Positions 22,605 through 33,049 of a stretch of 64,000 nt of DNA are shown here, in pieces. The position numbers and the translations under genes are program-made. Each line of letters opens with the position of its first letter. The stretch's first letter is position 1. A model generated the notes under the pieces. That model worked only from the letters and a program-made list of their open reading frames with translations, made no database searches and was not told the origin of the DNA. The DNA comes from an uncultured Phycisphaerales bacterium (GTDB taxonomy: Bacteria > Planctomycetota > Phycisphaerae > Tepidisphaerales > Tepidisphaeraceae). Location: NCBI GenBank assembly GCA_963844715.1, contig CAWJPJ010000005.1, positions 192,001-256,000 of the forward strand, read 5' to 3'.

Positions 22605-24044
22605 GGGTTTCCCCCCTGCGAGGCGGAGAGGGCGTCGTAGGCTTTTTCCAGAGCGGCCTGGCGGTCATCGTGGGAGGCGAGGGGATCGTATCCGGCGGGC
22701 GCGGCGCCGTCGCGCGGTAAGCCAATCGAATGCGCGGGCGCGGGCGGCGGGGGAGTTGTCTTCGAGATAGTTGAAATTCTCGGCAACGGCGCGGACGAGG
22801 AAATCTTTGGAGTCGCGGGAATCATCGAGAATGTCGCTGAGCGAGTCGGAGTCCATGGCGGGTTCGCCGGCGGCGCGGATTAATACGGAGAGGAGTTCGG
22901 GCGGGAGCTTGCCGTCGGTTTGCATTTTGTTCATGAGCTTGAGGGCGGTGCCGTCCAGAGCCCATTGGACGGCGGCCTGGTTGTCGGTTGCTTCGGCGTC
23001 GGCGAGAAGGGGCTGTGCCGTGGCGACGAAATCGGAGAGGGCGTCGCCGGATGCGACGAGCGAGAAATCCTGGCAGATGGTGGCGCCGGTTCTGGCGGCG
23101 AGATAGCTGAGGCTGGCGCGGCGGCGCGCGGGGTCATTCAAACCGGATATGCCGACCTGAAGCGCGGACCAATACATGAGGCTGGTCAAGGATTGCTGAG
23201 ATGAAGCGACGGCGGCCTTGGCGGATTCGGCTAGATCAATTTGCGATTGAGACATCGCGGCGGAAAAACGCGGGTCGGTTGGCGGGATCGTGGAAGCGGT
23301 GAAGAGAACGAGCAGGGCTTTGAGACGCGGGTCGGAAAACTGGAAAGGGACGAGCATCGCGGAATCGACGGGCTTTTGGGAGGAGATGACGGGGAGAACG
23401 GAAAGTTCGGCGACGATTTTTGTGGGGGTGATTGGGTCGCCGGGGTCCTGGATCATGCCGGCGGCGGCGATGGCGGGCTCGAATTGATTGGCTTGCGGGC
23501 AACTAAGCAAGATTCGGACGCCAGTGATATGGCCGGGCTGCGGCGAAAGATTGGGATTGCCGACGGAGAGGACCGCGGTTGCGCCAGGCGGGACGGCGGC
23601 GGTGGTAAAGCCGATTAAGACACTGGGGCCGAATACGCCGGAGGCGAGATCTTTGGTGACCTGGTCGGCGGCGGGCCCGGTTGCCCAGAGGAAGCCGCTG
23701 GTGAGGTCGGCTGTGGAGAGGAGGGGTTGATCCGTGGGGGAGCGGACGATGAGGCGGGATTGAGAGACCAGCGGCGTCATTTGCGAAGCGGCGGCGTTTT
23801 GCACGGCGTAGACGTGGGCTTCGATGAAGACTGCGGTGGCCGGGCTCGACCAATCGGCGATGCGCGTGCTGGGGCCGCTAAGCGGCGCGCCGGTGAATTG
23901 GGAGGTGGTGAAGATTACGCCGGGGGAGAGGGCAGTGGATTGCGAGGCGCAGCCGGCAGCCGCGAGGGCGAGGAGAGTGAACGCCAAGACGATGGATCTG
24001 GATCGCACGCGGGTTAAGGGTAGCGACGGCGGGGAGCGCGTCAA
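22601..24044 (-). CDS. Hypothetical lipoprotein, frameshifted near 22710
   Basis: Lipobox 'LAAAGC'. The reconstructed C-terminus 'PAGYDPLAS...GGNP' overlaps the start of the DUF748 gene. Confidence 0.7.
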
Positions 24045-24056
24045 AAGTATTTTGTT

Positions 24057-26117
24057 TCAGTTTGAAACAACGGTCCATATGCAGGAGTCGGAGCAATTTT
24101 CTTGCGATGGTGCGGAAGCGCGGAGGAGATTTTGGCCGGGGGTTAGATGGACATGGGGCCAGAGGAAGACATCGTCGTGGCCGGGTTTTGTGCCGAGCGA
24201 GCGATTGTTGAGGAACAATTCGACGGCAGGGCAATTGGAATAGATTTTGATATTTGCCTCGCCGGGCGAGCGGGGTGAAGCGGCGGGAGGTGATATAGAC
24301 GAACGGCGCGGTGGTCCAGTGGGCTTTGTAATAGTAGAAGGCGTCTTTCCTGGTTTGGCGGTCGTAGGTGACCAGGCCTTTGTCGTTGAGGGCGGGTTGG
24401 TCGCCTTCAAAGCGCTCGCTGGAGACAAAGTCGAACATGTTCCAGACGAAGGTCCCCCAGAGCCAGGGACATTTTTGCATCGCGGCGTAGGCGGATTCGT
24501 GAAATTGGGATTGCCATTCCTCGGGGTGCCAGTGACCTTTTGCGTCGGGCTCGATCGAGGGGATGGGCACGTGCTGGCGGATGCTGGCGCCGGCGCCGTA
24601 TTCGCTGATGCCGATGGGGCGTGTGGGGTTGTCGGCGTGGAGTTTTGGGAGTTCGACAGGCCAGTCGGCCAGAGACAGGAGCAACGATCCGAAGTAGCGA
24701 TTGAACCCGATGCCGTCGGGGATGAAGTTGACGGAGATGTCCGCCGGAAGATGGGAGGCGGCGACCGTGGGCGCGCGGGGTCGAGTTCGTGCGCCAGTTC
24801 GTTCATTTCGGTCACGAGACGCCAGTCGGTGTGGGTGTGGGGCCCGAGTTCGTTGAAGAGACTCCAGAGGCAGATACTGGGGTGGTTAAAATTTTGCTTG
24901 ATCAGCTCGCGGAGTTGCTGCTTGGCGCAGAGATAGAAGGCGTCGGTGTCGACGATGCGATTGATGAGGGGGACTTCGGCCCAGACGACCAGGCCGCGGC
25001 GATCGCAAAGGGAGTATTCGTAATCGCAGTGCTGATAATGGGCGAGGCGGACGGCGTTGGCGCCGATTTCATCGATGAACTGATAGTTCGTGTCAATGTC
25101 GGCGTGGGAGACGGCCCAGCCTTTTTTATAGAATTCCTGGTGAACGCCCACGCCGTGGAGGGGATAAGAGTTGCCGTTGAGGATGAAGCCTCGATTGGGA
25201 TCGAGGCGGATGGTGCGCAGGCCGAGAGGTTGGTCGACCTGGTCGAGGAGACGATTGGCTTGGTTGAGGGTGATCGTCGCTTGATAGATATAGGGATCAA
25301 GGCGGGCATTCCAAAGATGGGGGTGGAGGATAAGGATGGGGATGGCGGCCTCGCCTGATGAATGCGAGGGGAGGGATTGCAAATGCGAGGCACCGGCGAC
25401 GGGATTGCCGCTGGCATCGCGTACGGAGCAGGTTGCCGTGATCGTCTGCTTGAGATCGGAATCATTTCGGAGCATAACGATGGCGTCGATTCCGGCGGCG
25501 GCGGAATCCAGATGGGTCTGAGTCAGATAGACGCCACTGGACGCGTCGTCAGTGGGTGATATGCAAACGGAATTCAAATTCAAGAGATGAGCGTCGCGAT
25601 AGAGGCCGCCGAAGACGGTGAAGTCGCCGGAGATGGGGGGAATGTCTTCGGAGATGGAGTTGTCGACACGGACGGCGATGAGGTTATCCCCGGGGAGAAG
25701 GAATGGCGTAATGTTGAAGCAGAAAGCGGCGAAACCGCCCCGATGAGCGCCGGCGAGCTGGCCATTGACGAAGACTTTAGCGGCGAGTGAGGCGGCGTCG
25801 AAACGGAGATAGAGCTGGCGGTCGGCGGTTGTGGAGGGAAGAGTAAGATGGAGGCGGTACCAGGCGGGGCCGCGATAGTAATGATTGCCGGGGAGGGCGC
25901 CGTCCCGGGCGTTCCAAGTATGGGGGAGGGTAACGGGTTGCCAATTTGTGTCGTTGAATTGTGGGGACTGGGCGTTGGGGGCGTCGACGCGGAGGAATTT
26001 CCAGTTGGAGTCGAGGAGGGTTTCCTGGCGCGGGTTGGTGGGCGCGGTTTGGGATTGGCAGCCGAGAAGACTGCAAGCTGTGAGCAGGAATAGAACCCGC
26101 CATCCTCCGCAGCGCAT
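24057..26117 (-). CDS. Glycoside hydrolase family 2 (beta-galactosidase/glucuronidase), several frameshifts at about 24270-24780
   Basis: 'VTLPHTWN', 'YRGPAWYR', 'FGGLYRD', 'NAVRLAHYQH', 'NHPSICLWSLFNE', 'SEYGAG', 'WNMFDF', 'NDKGLVTYDR..RKDAFYYY'. Confidence 0.92.
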   Translation of the reverse strand: MRCGGWRVLFLLTACSLLGCQSQTAPTNPRQETLLDSNWKFLRVDAPNAQSPQFNDTNWQPVTLPHTWNARDGALPGNHYYRGPAWYRLHLTLPSTTADRQLYLRFDAASLAAKVFVNGQLAGAHRGGFAAFCFNITPFLLPGDNLIAVRVDNSISEDIPPISGDFTVFGGLYRDAHLLNLNSVCISPTDDASSGVYLTQTHLDSAAAGIDAIVMLRNDSDLKQTITATCSVRDASGNPVAGASHLQSLPSHSSGEAAIPILILHPHLWNARLDPYIYQATITLNQANRLLDQVDQPLGLRTIRLDPNRGFILNGNSYPLHGVGVHQEFYKKGWAVSHADIDTNYQFIDEIGANAVRLAHYQHCDYEYSLCDRRGLVVWAEVPLINRIVDTDAFYLCAKQQLRELIKQNFNHPSICLWSLFNELGPHTHTDWRLVTEMNELAHELDPARPRSPPPIFRRTSPSTSSPTASGSIATSDRCSCLWPTGLSNSQNSTPTTPHAPSASANTAPAPASASTCPSPRSSPTQKVTGTPRNGNPNFTNPPTPRCKNVPGSGGPSSGTCSTLSPASALKATNPPSTTKAWSPTTAKPGKTPSTITKPTGPPRRSSISPPAASPRSPGEANIKIYSNCPAVELFLNNRSLGTKPGHDDVFLWPHVHLTPGQNLLRASAPSQENCSDSCIWTVVSN

Positions 26118-26585
26118 TGGGGGGAAGTATAGAGGGCGTTCGGGGTTTGGTGAACGATTCACGCAGTCGGGGGTTAACTTGGCTTACCGTCCCTCACCCA
26201 TCCTGCGGAAACCAGCAGAGGACCGGGGAGAGGGGTCATCGATAAAAGCTAGCCGCGTCTCAGTTTTTCTTCCGCGCACGATCTCTTCGATCGCCGAGAG
26301 AAACTTGCGGGGCGATCGTGGAAGTTCGCCAGATTGACATCCTTTATTGCGTCGGGTGCTGCCGGTTTTGCGACCGAATTCACGGTGCAGGACATGCTTG
26401 CCACGGCGGACGGCGGCTGGGCCTTTAACGGGCGATTTTTCGATAGCCGCCTTTCTATTTATTTTAATCCGCCGAAGGTCATTGCAGCGCGGGATACCCG
26501 TTGAATTGCGTGCGAAATATCTCATTTTGTGGACAAAGATCGGCGGTTTTTTATTGATCGACTTTGCGAGACAGGATTTACTCGA

Positions 26586-27458
26586 GGCCGCGAAATCGGA
26601 GGAAAATGACGAGCGGAAAATTGCTTAAGGGAATGGTCGGCACGCACGCGTCGAGTGGGCTGGAAATCCGGCTGCCTTATCGTAACCTGTGCCGCGGTGC
26701 CAGCACGGGCGGCTCTCACGTCTGTCAACTTTTACGACAATATTACTTACACGCAAAGCAGTACCAGCGCCCGACGACTCCAGCGGGATACTTCTTTGAA
26801 ATGGGTGGGTCATTCCAGAATGTGGGGGACTTCGATTCCGTCTCAGCGGCCTATCCGGGACCTGGCGGCACAGGACCTTGCGATTCAGGGGACGAATTTT
26901 ATGTACGAAACCTCGTCTTACCCCTCTCTGAGCAGTCTGCACACAGCCTACCCATTTGGAACATACACTTTCACGGCGGCCAACTCTTCGACCATGACCT
27001 CCCAAAGTGCATCGATGAATTATTCGGCGGATTACTTCACCTCGGACATTCCGGCGTTTGCACCATCAAGCTACACCAGTTTACAGAGCTACAATCCGGC
27101 TAGCGCATTGACGGTGTCGTTCAACTCGTATGCCTCGAATCCCAGTGACACCAACGCCTACACATTCTTGACGATCTACAGCGGGCTTACCGGCGATGCA
27201 ATTCTTACCATCGGCGGATTGTCCAATACGGCGACTAGCGCGCTCATTCCGGCCGGTACGCTGGAACCCGACACGAGCTATGTGGCCCAACTGGATTTTA
27301 CCGATCGGATCGATGGAACATCCAGCGGCGTGTCCACCTTACAAGGCTCGGATGTGCGCACGACCGTCGACTTTACGACCTCCGTACCGGAACCGACAAC
27401 CGCGACGCTATTGGCCACCGGCTCCGTATTATTGCTCCGTAGAAAACGGAGGAATTAA
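26586..27458 (+). CDS. PEP-CTERM sorting-domain protein (frameshifted 5' half)
   Basis: C-terminus 'VPEPTTATLLATGSVLLLRRKRRN', Ser/Thr-rich body. Start uncertain. Confidence 0.8.
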
Positions 27459-27663
27459 ACAGGGAAGGGGCGGGGGCATAAAAGGGGCGTCCGAATGCGA
27501 CCCAGGCGGGGTCGTCACCGACAAAACTCGGGCGCAATCCGGCACCGTCCCGATCTTGGGATTTCGCAGGGCGGACAATTTTAAGTTCCTCTTCTTCGAT
27601 CGCCGTAAATGAGTGATTGCAGGCGCGGGAGGATCGGCCACACTGGGGCACTGCGGAGAGTTA

Positions 27664-30317
27664 ATGCGGATTGGACGGATCATTGTACTTGCGGTGATTC
27701 TGCTGGCGCCCGCTGCGGCGCGGAAGTCGATTTCGATTTCGCTGGAAGATCATCCCGCGCCGCGCGTGCTGTATGGCGCGAGCGGGTAAAGGACGCGCTC
27801 GCGGCGGCAGGAATTGGGAGGCGCGTCGATCGTCGTGGGGAGAAGCGATTCCGATCTGGTTCGCAAAATAGTTGATGCCGGAGAGTTGAAACCCGAAGGA
27901 TTTTTGCTGGCGGCCCCTCCCGGCGGATCAATTGTGATCGCCGGGGCCGATGAATCCGGGGAGCTTTACGGGTGTTTGGAATTGGCGCGGCGGATCGAGG
28001 AGTTGGGGAAGATTCCGGAGGGGCTTCATTTTGTGGATGCCCCGGCATTTCGGATTGCGCGGGACCTGTATCGGGATGCAGAAGCCTTACATATTGCCAG
28101 GGCGGAAGGTTTATGAATATCCGTATACGCCCCAGCTATTTCCATTTTTTTATGACAAGGGATTCTGGACGGAGTATCTGAATTTTCTGGCTGATAATCG
28201 GATGAACACGTTGTACATCTGGTCGGGCCATCCGTTCGCGTCGCTGGTGGAACTGCCGGATTATCCATACGCGGTGGAGGTTTCGCCCGACGTGCTGGCG
28301 AAGAATGAGGCGATGTATCGGTTTATCGTCACGGAGGCGGACAAGCGCGGGATTTGGGTGGTGCAGGCGTTTTACAACATTCTGATGAGCAAGCCGTTCG
28401 CGGAGCACAACGGGATTTCTACGCAGTTGTCGGAGCCTACGCCGCTGGTGGCGGACTATACGCGGAAGTCGATCGCTAAATTCGTGGAGGAGTATCCGAA
28501 CGTGGGGCTGATGTTTTGTTTGGGGGAGGCGCTGCGGGGTTTGGACAATCAGAAATATTGGTGCACGCAGGTGATCTTGCCGGGGATCAAGGACGGGATG
28601 GCGGCGGCGCATCTCACGAAGGAGCCGCCGGTGATCATTCGGACGCATGCGACGGATTTGACGGTGATCATGCCGGAGGCGCTGAAGGTTTATAGAAATC
28701 TGTACACGATGGAGAAATTCAACGGGGAATCGCTGACGACCTGGGAGCCGCGCGGGAAAAGGCAGGCGTTGCACCTGGCGATGAGCAAACTGGGATCGAC
28801 GCACATCGTCAACGTTCATATTTTGGCGAATCTGGAGCCGTTTCGGTATGGGGATCAGGAGTTCATTCGCAAGTGCATGCTCGCGGCGCGGGATCGGCTG
28901 GGGGCGAAGGGGCTGCATCTTTATCCGCTGTCATATTGGAATTGGCCCGATGCGCCGGATGATGTCGATCCGCCGCTGAAGCAGTGGGATCGGGATTGGA
29001 TTTGGTTCGAGGCGTCGGCGCGATATGCGTGGAATCCGGATGTCGATCCGGCGGCGGATCATGCGTATTGGGTGGAACGAATTGCGGATCATTATGGTGA
29101 GCCGGCGGCGGAAAAGATTTTGGCGGCGTATGACGACTCGGGGGAATGCGCGCCGCGGCTGATTCGACGATTTGGGATTACCGAGGGGAATCGCCAGACG
29201 CTTTCGCTGGGGATGACTTTGGATGAACTGCTCGATCCGGACGAGTACGACGCGTTTGCGGAGTTGTGGGAGTCGCAGTCGCCGCCGGGGGAGCGGTTGC
29301 AGGAATATGTGGATAAGGAATGGAATCATCAGGCGCATGAAGGGGAGACGCCGCCCGAGATTATCAGGGAGGTTTTGGATTATTCGGAACGGGCGGTGGC
29401 GGAGATCGACGCGGCCGGCCCGATGGTGACGAAGGATCGAGACGAATTTCTGCGCTTGCGGAACGATATTTATTGCGTTCGTGCGATGTCGCAGTTTTAC
29501 GCCGAGAAGGCACAGGCGGCGATGGATGTGCTGCGCTATCGGCGTAGTCACGATATAGCCGACCTGGAGGACGCGCGAAAACATTTGCTGCTGAGCGTGG
29601 GGTATTTTGGGTCGCTCGCGAAATTGGGATCGTCGTATCGATTTGCGAATTCGATGCAGACGAGTCAGAGGCAGATTCCGGTGCCCGGAGCGGTGGAGGG
29701 GCGGCCGGCGAATTATTTGTGGTCGCAGGTGCTGCCGGTTTATCAGAATGAGTACGAGGATTTCGTGCGCGCGATTGGAAGCGTTGCGCGGGGGGACGAC
29801 GATGCCGTCGGATGAGACGGGTATTGCGGCTTGGCCGGGTGCGAGTTTTAAAACCTTGACGGGGGCGGCGAAAACTTATGTCGTGAAAGTCGGGGCGAAA
29901 GTGTTCAGCGATCGGGATTATTCGATCGAGTCCCTTGCGCCGGAGTTGAATGGGTTGACGGGGATTCTGGTTTCGCATTCTGAGGCCAACAAAGGGAAGT
30001 TTGCGGGGGTGGAGATTGAGACGACGGAGCCTGTGCGGGTGCTGATTGGGTATTTTCGGTCCGCGGACGAGCAGTGGCTGAAGCCGCCGGAGGCGGAGAC
30101 GGACGCCGCCGCGGCGGAGCGCGGAGAGAACGAGGCGATGATTCGGAATGGGGTGGAGATCGCGGGGCTCCCGGCGGTGGATGTTTATGTGCGGAACTAC
30201 GGGGCGGGGAGGAATAAGATTGAAGTGAATGGATCGGGGAGTTTTGTGATTTTGGGGGTGATTCCTCAAAGTGTGGCGCTGCATCCGCGGGACGCGCGGC
30301 GAAGTGGGTCGTTTTGA
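27664..30317 (+). CDS. Secreted glycoside hydrolase, GH138 alpha-galacturonidase-like (frameshifts at about 27720-28050 and about 29780)
   Basis: Signal peptide 'MRIGRIIVLAVILLAP'. Motifs 'VYEYPYTP..FP.FYDK', 'GHPFASLV.LPDYP', 'NGESLTT.EPRG', 'NVHILANLEPFR' as recalled for Bacteroides RG-II alpha-galacturonidases. Confidence 0.65.
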
Positions 30318-30361
30318 AATTGGTCACGTCCAAGAGTCCTGGGACTTGGTGAGGGTAACAA

Positions 30362-31258
30362 TCAGGGCGGCAGCATTCCGAGCATTCCTACGGCGGCGAT
30401 GATCATCGTGGCCAGGAGCATTTCGATCGCCACGTTTCGCTGCAGGGCGGCCGCCGAGGCGCCGGTGGCCAGACGAGGCTTGAGGCGCAGGAGGTTGACC
30501 GCGCCGATTCCAATCGCGGCCAGGAAAATGGCGACTTTGATGAGCAGGAAACGGCCCCAAAATGTGGTGTAGAGATCGCTGGTGTCGACGATCAAGGAAT
30601 AGGTATTGACGACGCCGGTGAGGATCAGCAGACAGACAGCGACGAGACTGACAGCGGAGAATCGATAGACGAGCTGAGAGGCGGCCACCCAGTCGGCGGA
30701 TTTTCTAAACCGCCGTAGCAAGATCAATAGGGGATAGAGACCGGCGGGCCAGAGAGAGCAGGCGAGGAGATGGCCGACGTCGGCGGTAAGGTGGACGTTG
30801 GGGTAATCTCCGTCGCCGCCATGGCCGGACCAGGCAAGGCTCGCGACGAAGGCGGTCGCGATGGCGAGGTTCAGCCACGCAGCAATGCCGTGAACGAGTT
30901 TTTGTTTTATGCAAAGATAGATCAGCGAGGTGAGGCAAGCCGCGATCCAGATAACCGAGCGAAGTTGCCAGAGATGTCCGAACTGAGTTTGCGTCCACAC
31001 CAGCTTCATGGCGTCGAGATGGATCGCGTCGGCCAGTGAAAGCCCGCTCATGTTCATATCGACCAGCACAAACCACGCCAAGCCGGAGAGGAAGGCGACG
31101 GGGAGAAGAACGACAATCGTGCGCCGGGGTCTCCAAGTTTGACCGCGAGGAACTAAAAATCGGTCGAAGATCCAAATTGAAAGCAAAAGGATTGCCGCGG
31201 CGAAGTGAAACGCTCGCGCCGCGGCAATCCAGACGGAATTGAGTAGATCACTGTCCAA
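30362..31258 (-). CDS. copD: CopD copper uptake/resistance inner-membrane protein
   Basis: 8 TM, 'TQFGHLW', 'AWSGH', 'HLLACSLWPAGL', 'RFS', 'LTGVVN', 'WGRFLLIK'. Downstream of copC. Confidence 0.9.
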   Translation of the reverse strand: MDSDLLNSVWIAAARAFHFAAAILLLSIWIFDRFLVPRGQTWRPRRTIVVLLPVAFLSGLAWFVLVDMNMSGLSLADAIHLDAMKLVWTQTQFGHLWQLRSVIWIAACLTSLIYLCIKQKLVHGIAAWLNLAIATAFVASLAWSGHGGDGDYPNVHLTADVGHLLACSLWPAGLYPLLILLRRFRKSADWVAASQLVYRFSAVSLVAVCLLILTGVVNTYSLIVDTSDLYTTFWGRFLLIKVAIFLAAIGIGAVNLLRLKPRLATGASAAALQRNVAIEMLLATMIIAAVGMLGMLPP

Positions 31259-31273
31259 AGCCTGTCAACTTTT

Positions 31274-31624
31274 CTATTTCAAGGTGAACTTGAAATCGCC
31301 ATGGGTGTGATGAGTGTCCTTTGAGACGACCGACCAAACGACTTTGTATTCTCCGGGTGAAATTGACGGCAGGGAGACGATCAAGAGCTTGGCGTCAGAC
31401 GAATCCATGTGGGAGTCCTTGGCGTCGATTTGCTTGCCATTTGAATCGAACACCTGAATGGAACTGAAGGCCGGCTCCAATTCCTGGGTGAACCAGATTT
31501 TCACCTGGGCCGGGGGCTGGATGATGTCCGCTCCGACGGCGGGCTGGGCGTGATCGAGAAACGCATGGGCGAACGCCGTGCCCGGCATGGCGAGCACGGC
31601 GGCAAAGATTAGGCGCGCGATCAT
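31274..31624 (-). CDS. copC: CopC periplasmic copper-binding protein
   Basis: Signal 'AFA|HA' giving mature His1, and 'GEYKVVWSVVSKDTHHTHG'. No Met-rich Cu(I) site. Confidence 0.92.
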   Translation of the reverse strand: MIARLIFAAVLAMPGTAFAHAFLDHAQPAVGADIIQPPAQVKIWFTQELEPAFSSIQVFDSNGKQIDAKDSHMDSSDAKLLIVSLPSISPGEYKVVWSVVSKDTHHTHGDFKFTLK

Positions 31625-32535
31625 TAGTCACCTCCAAAAAGTGGATGTCCGAAGATGCTTGGGAAAATGTCGTCGATGAAAACCCAGACCTGGACGACGG
31701 CGCCGACATGAGCGCCGGAGTCTCGGTTGACGGGAACGATCGCCTCCGCGCCGAGTTCGAAGTAGTTCGTTTCCCAGAGGACGCCGGGATTGATTGTTCC
31801 GGTGGTCTGTCCGCTGGAGTCGCCGGTGTCGAGGGTCTGCATGGGGAACTCGACGAGAGGAATCATATTTTTCAGCGGGTCGGGGAGCCCGATGTCCTTG
31901 ATGTGCTGCTGGAGGTAGGGAAGGCTGTACTCGAGGGCCAAGCCCCATTGAAAGGCCTGAGGCTGATTGGAATCGGAGGGGATGGACTGGCCGAGGGTGC
32001 CGGTGATGCAAAACGGTTTCAATAGATCGAGTGAATCGGGGATATCGCCGAAGCCCTTGCCGAAGTAAAAGGTTGGGGTCCAAGTCGTGAATCGATCGGC
32101 GACGGCGGGGTCGCCGGTGCCGCCGACATCAGTCACCAGGCCGACGGAGACGATGGCTTCGTGCGGCTCGTTCTCCCAAAGTTCATACTTGGCGCTGAAT
32201 TCGAGGTCGTCCCAGCCGTAGGCGGACGGACTGCCCGCGTCGCCGCGCTGCTGGATGTAAGTGTCGGAGATGCCGACAGCAAAATGGGGGAAGATCTCTT
32301 TGTCGAATTCAAAGCTGGTGTCGACTTCGCTCGAATTGGGAGCGCCGTCCTGGCCTGAATTGGTGAAGTATGCGACTTCGGGAAGAGATAACTCGTCGAC
32401 GGCGAAGGGATCGTCGGTACTGATGGTCGGCGGGAAAAATCGATCGCCCAGTATTCCGTGAGCGGAGGCGATCGCGCCGAGAAGAGCGGCGGCGCAGAAG
32501 CCGGCCACGCTCAATAAGAGGCGAACCTTGTCCAT
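31624..32535 (-). CDS. Putative outer-membrane beta-barrel protein in the cop operon
   Basis: Signal peptide 'ASA|HG', alternating beta-strand pattern, stop overlaps the copC start. Confidence 0.65.
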   Translation of the reverse strand: MDKVRLLLSVAGFCAAALLGAIASAHGILGDRFFPPTISTDDPFAVDELSLPEVAYFTNSGQDGAPNSSEVDTSFEFDKEIFPHFAVGISDTYIQQRGDAGSPSAYGWDDLEFSAKYELWENEPHEAIVSVGLVTDVGGTGDPAVADRFTTWTPTFYFGKGFGDIPDSLDLLKPFCITGTLGQSIPSDSNQPQAFQWGLALEYSLPYLQQHIKDIGLPDPLKNMIPLVEFPMQTLDTGDSSGQTTGTINPGVLWETNYFELGAEAIVPVNRDSGAHVGAVVQVWVFIDDIFPSIFGHPLFGGD

Positions 32536-32582
32536 GGGAACTCCCTGGTCAAAGAATTGGATTTACAGATGAAACGAGAGGA

Positions 32583-32942
32583 TCAGGCGGCGGGAGCCGG
32601 CGGTCCTCGGCAGGGAGGAGTTCCGAGGCAGAAGATGGCGTGAGAAGTTTCGGGAGTGGGGACGGGCAGTTGCTCGGCCAGACCGAAGTGGCCGAGTTGG
32701 AAATCAACGACTGGCGGGAGAATCAGGTGCGCGACGAACGAACAGATCGCGCACTCGCCCGGGCGCTGGGGATGATGGGGATCGGGTTTGGATTGATTGG
32801 CTTCGCAGTGGCAGCAGCAACAAGGGCAGGAGGAGTCGGCGCCGGGCAAGAGAACGGCGCCGCGCGTGTGGCCGGGGACGATCACGCCCAGCCACAGCGT
32901 TTCGAAGATCAGCAGAGCTAATCTGCCGCACCGCCCTATCAT
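32583..32942 (-). CDS. DUF2946-like leader protein (CxxC and C-terminal RGPP)
   Basis: N-terminal hydrophobic segment, 'CPCCCCHC', 'ECAIC', C-terminal 'PPCRGPPAPAA'. 47 nt upstream of the next gene. Confidence 0.8.
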   Translation of the reverse strand: MIGRCGRLALLIFETLWLGVIVPGHTRGAVLLPGADSSCPCCCCHCEANQSKPDPHHPQRPGECAICSFVAHLILPPVVDFQLGHFGLAEQLPVPTPETSHAIFCLGTPPCRGPPAPAA

Positions 32943-33049
32943 CGGGGGAGAACGATAAGCGGAAGCGCGGGCCAGTCAAGTTAAAAATGGACGGCGGGGG
33001 TTTCGTCGCGTTGCATCCGGGTTTAAAGATGGCTATTCAAGTCGGCGGT

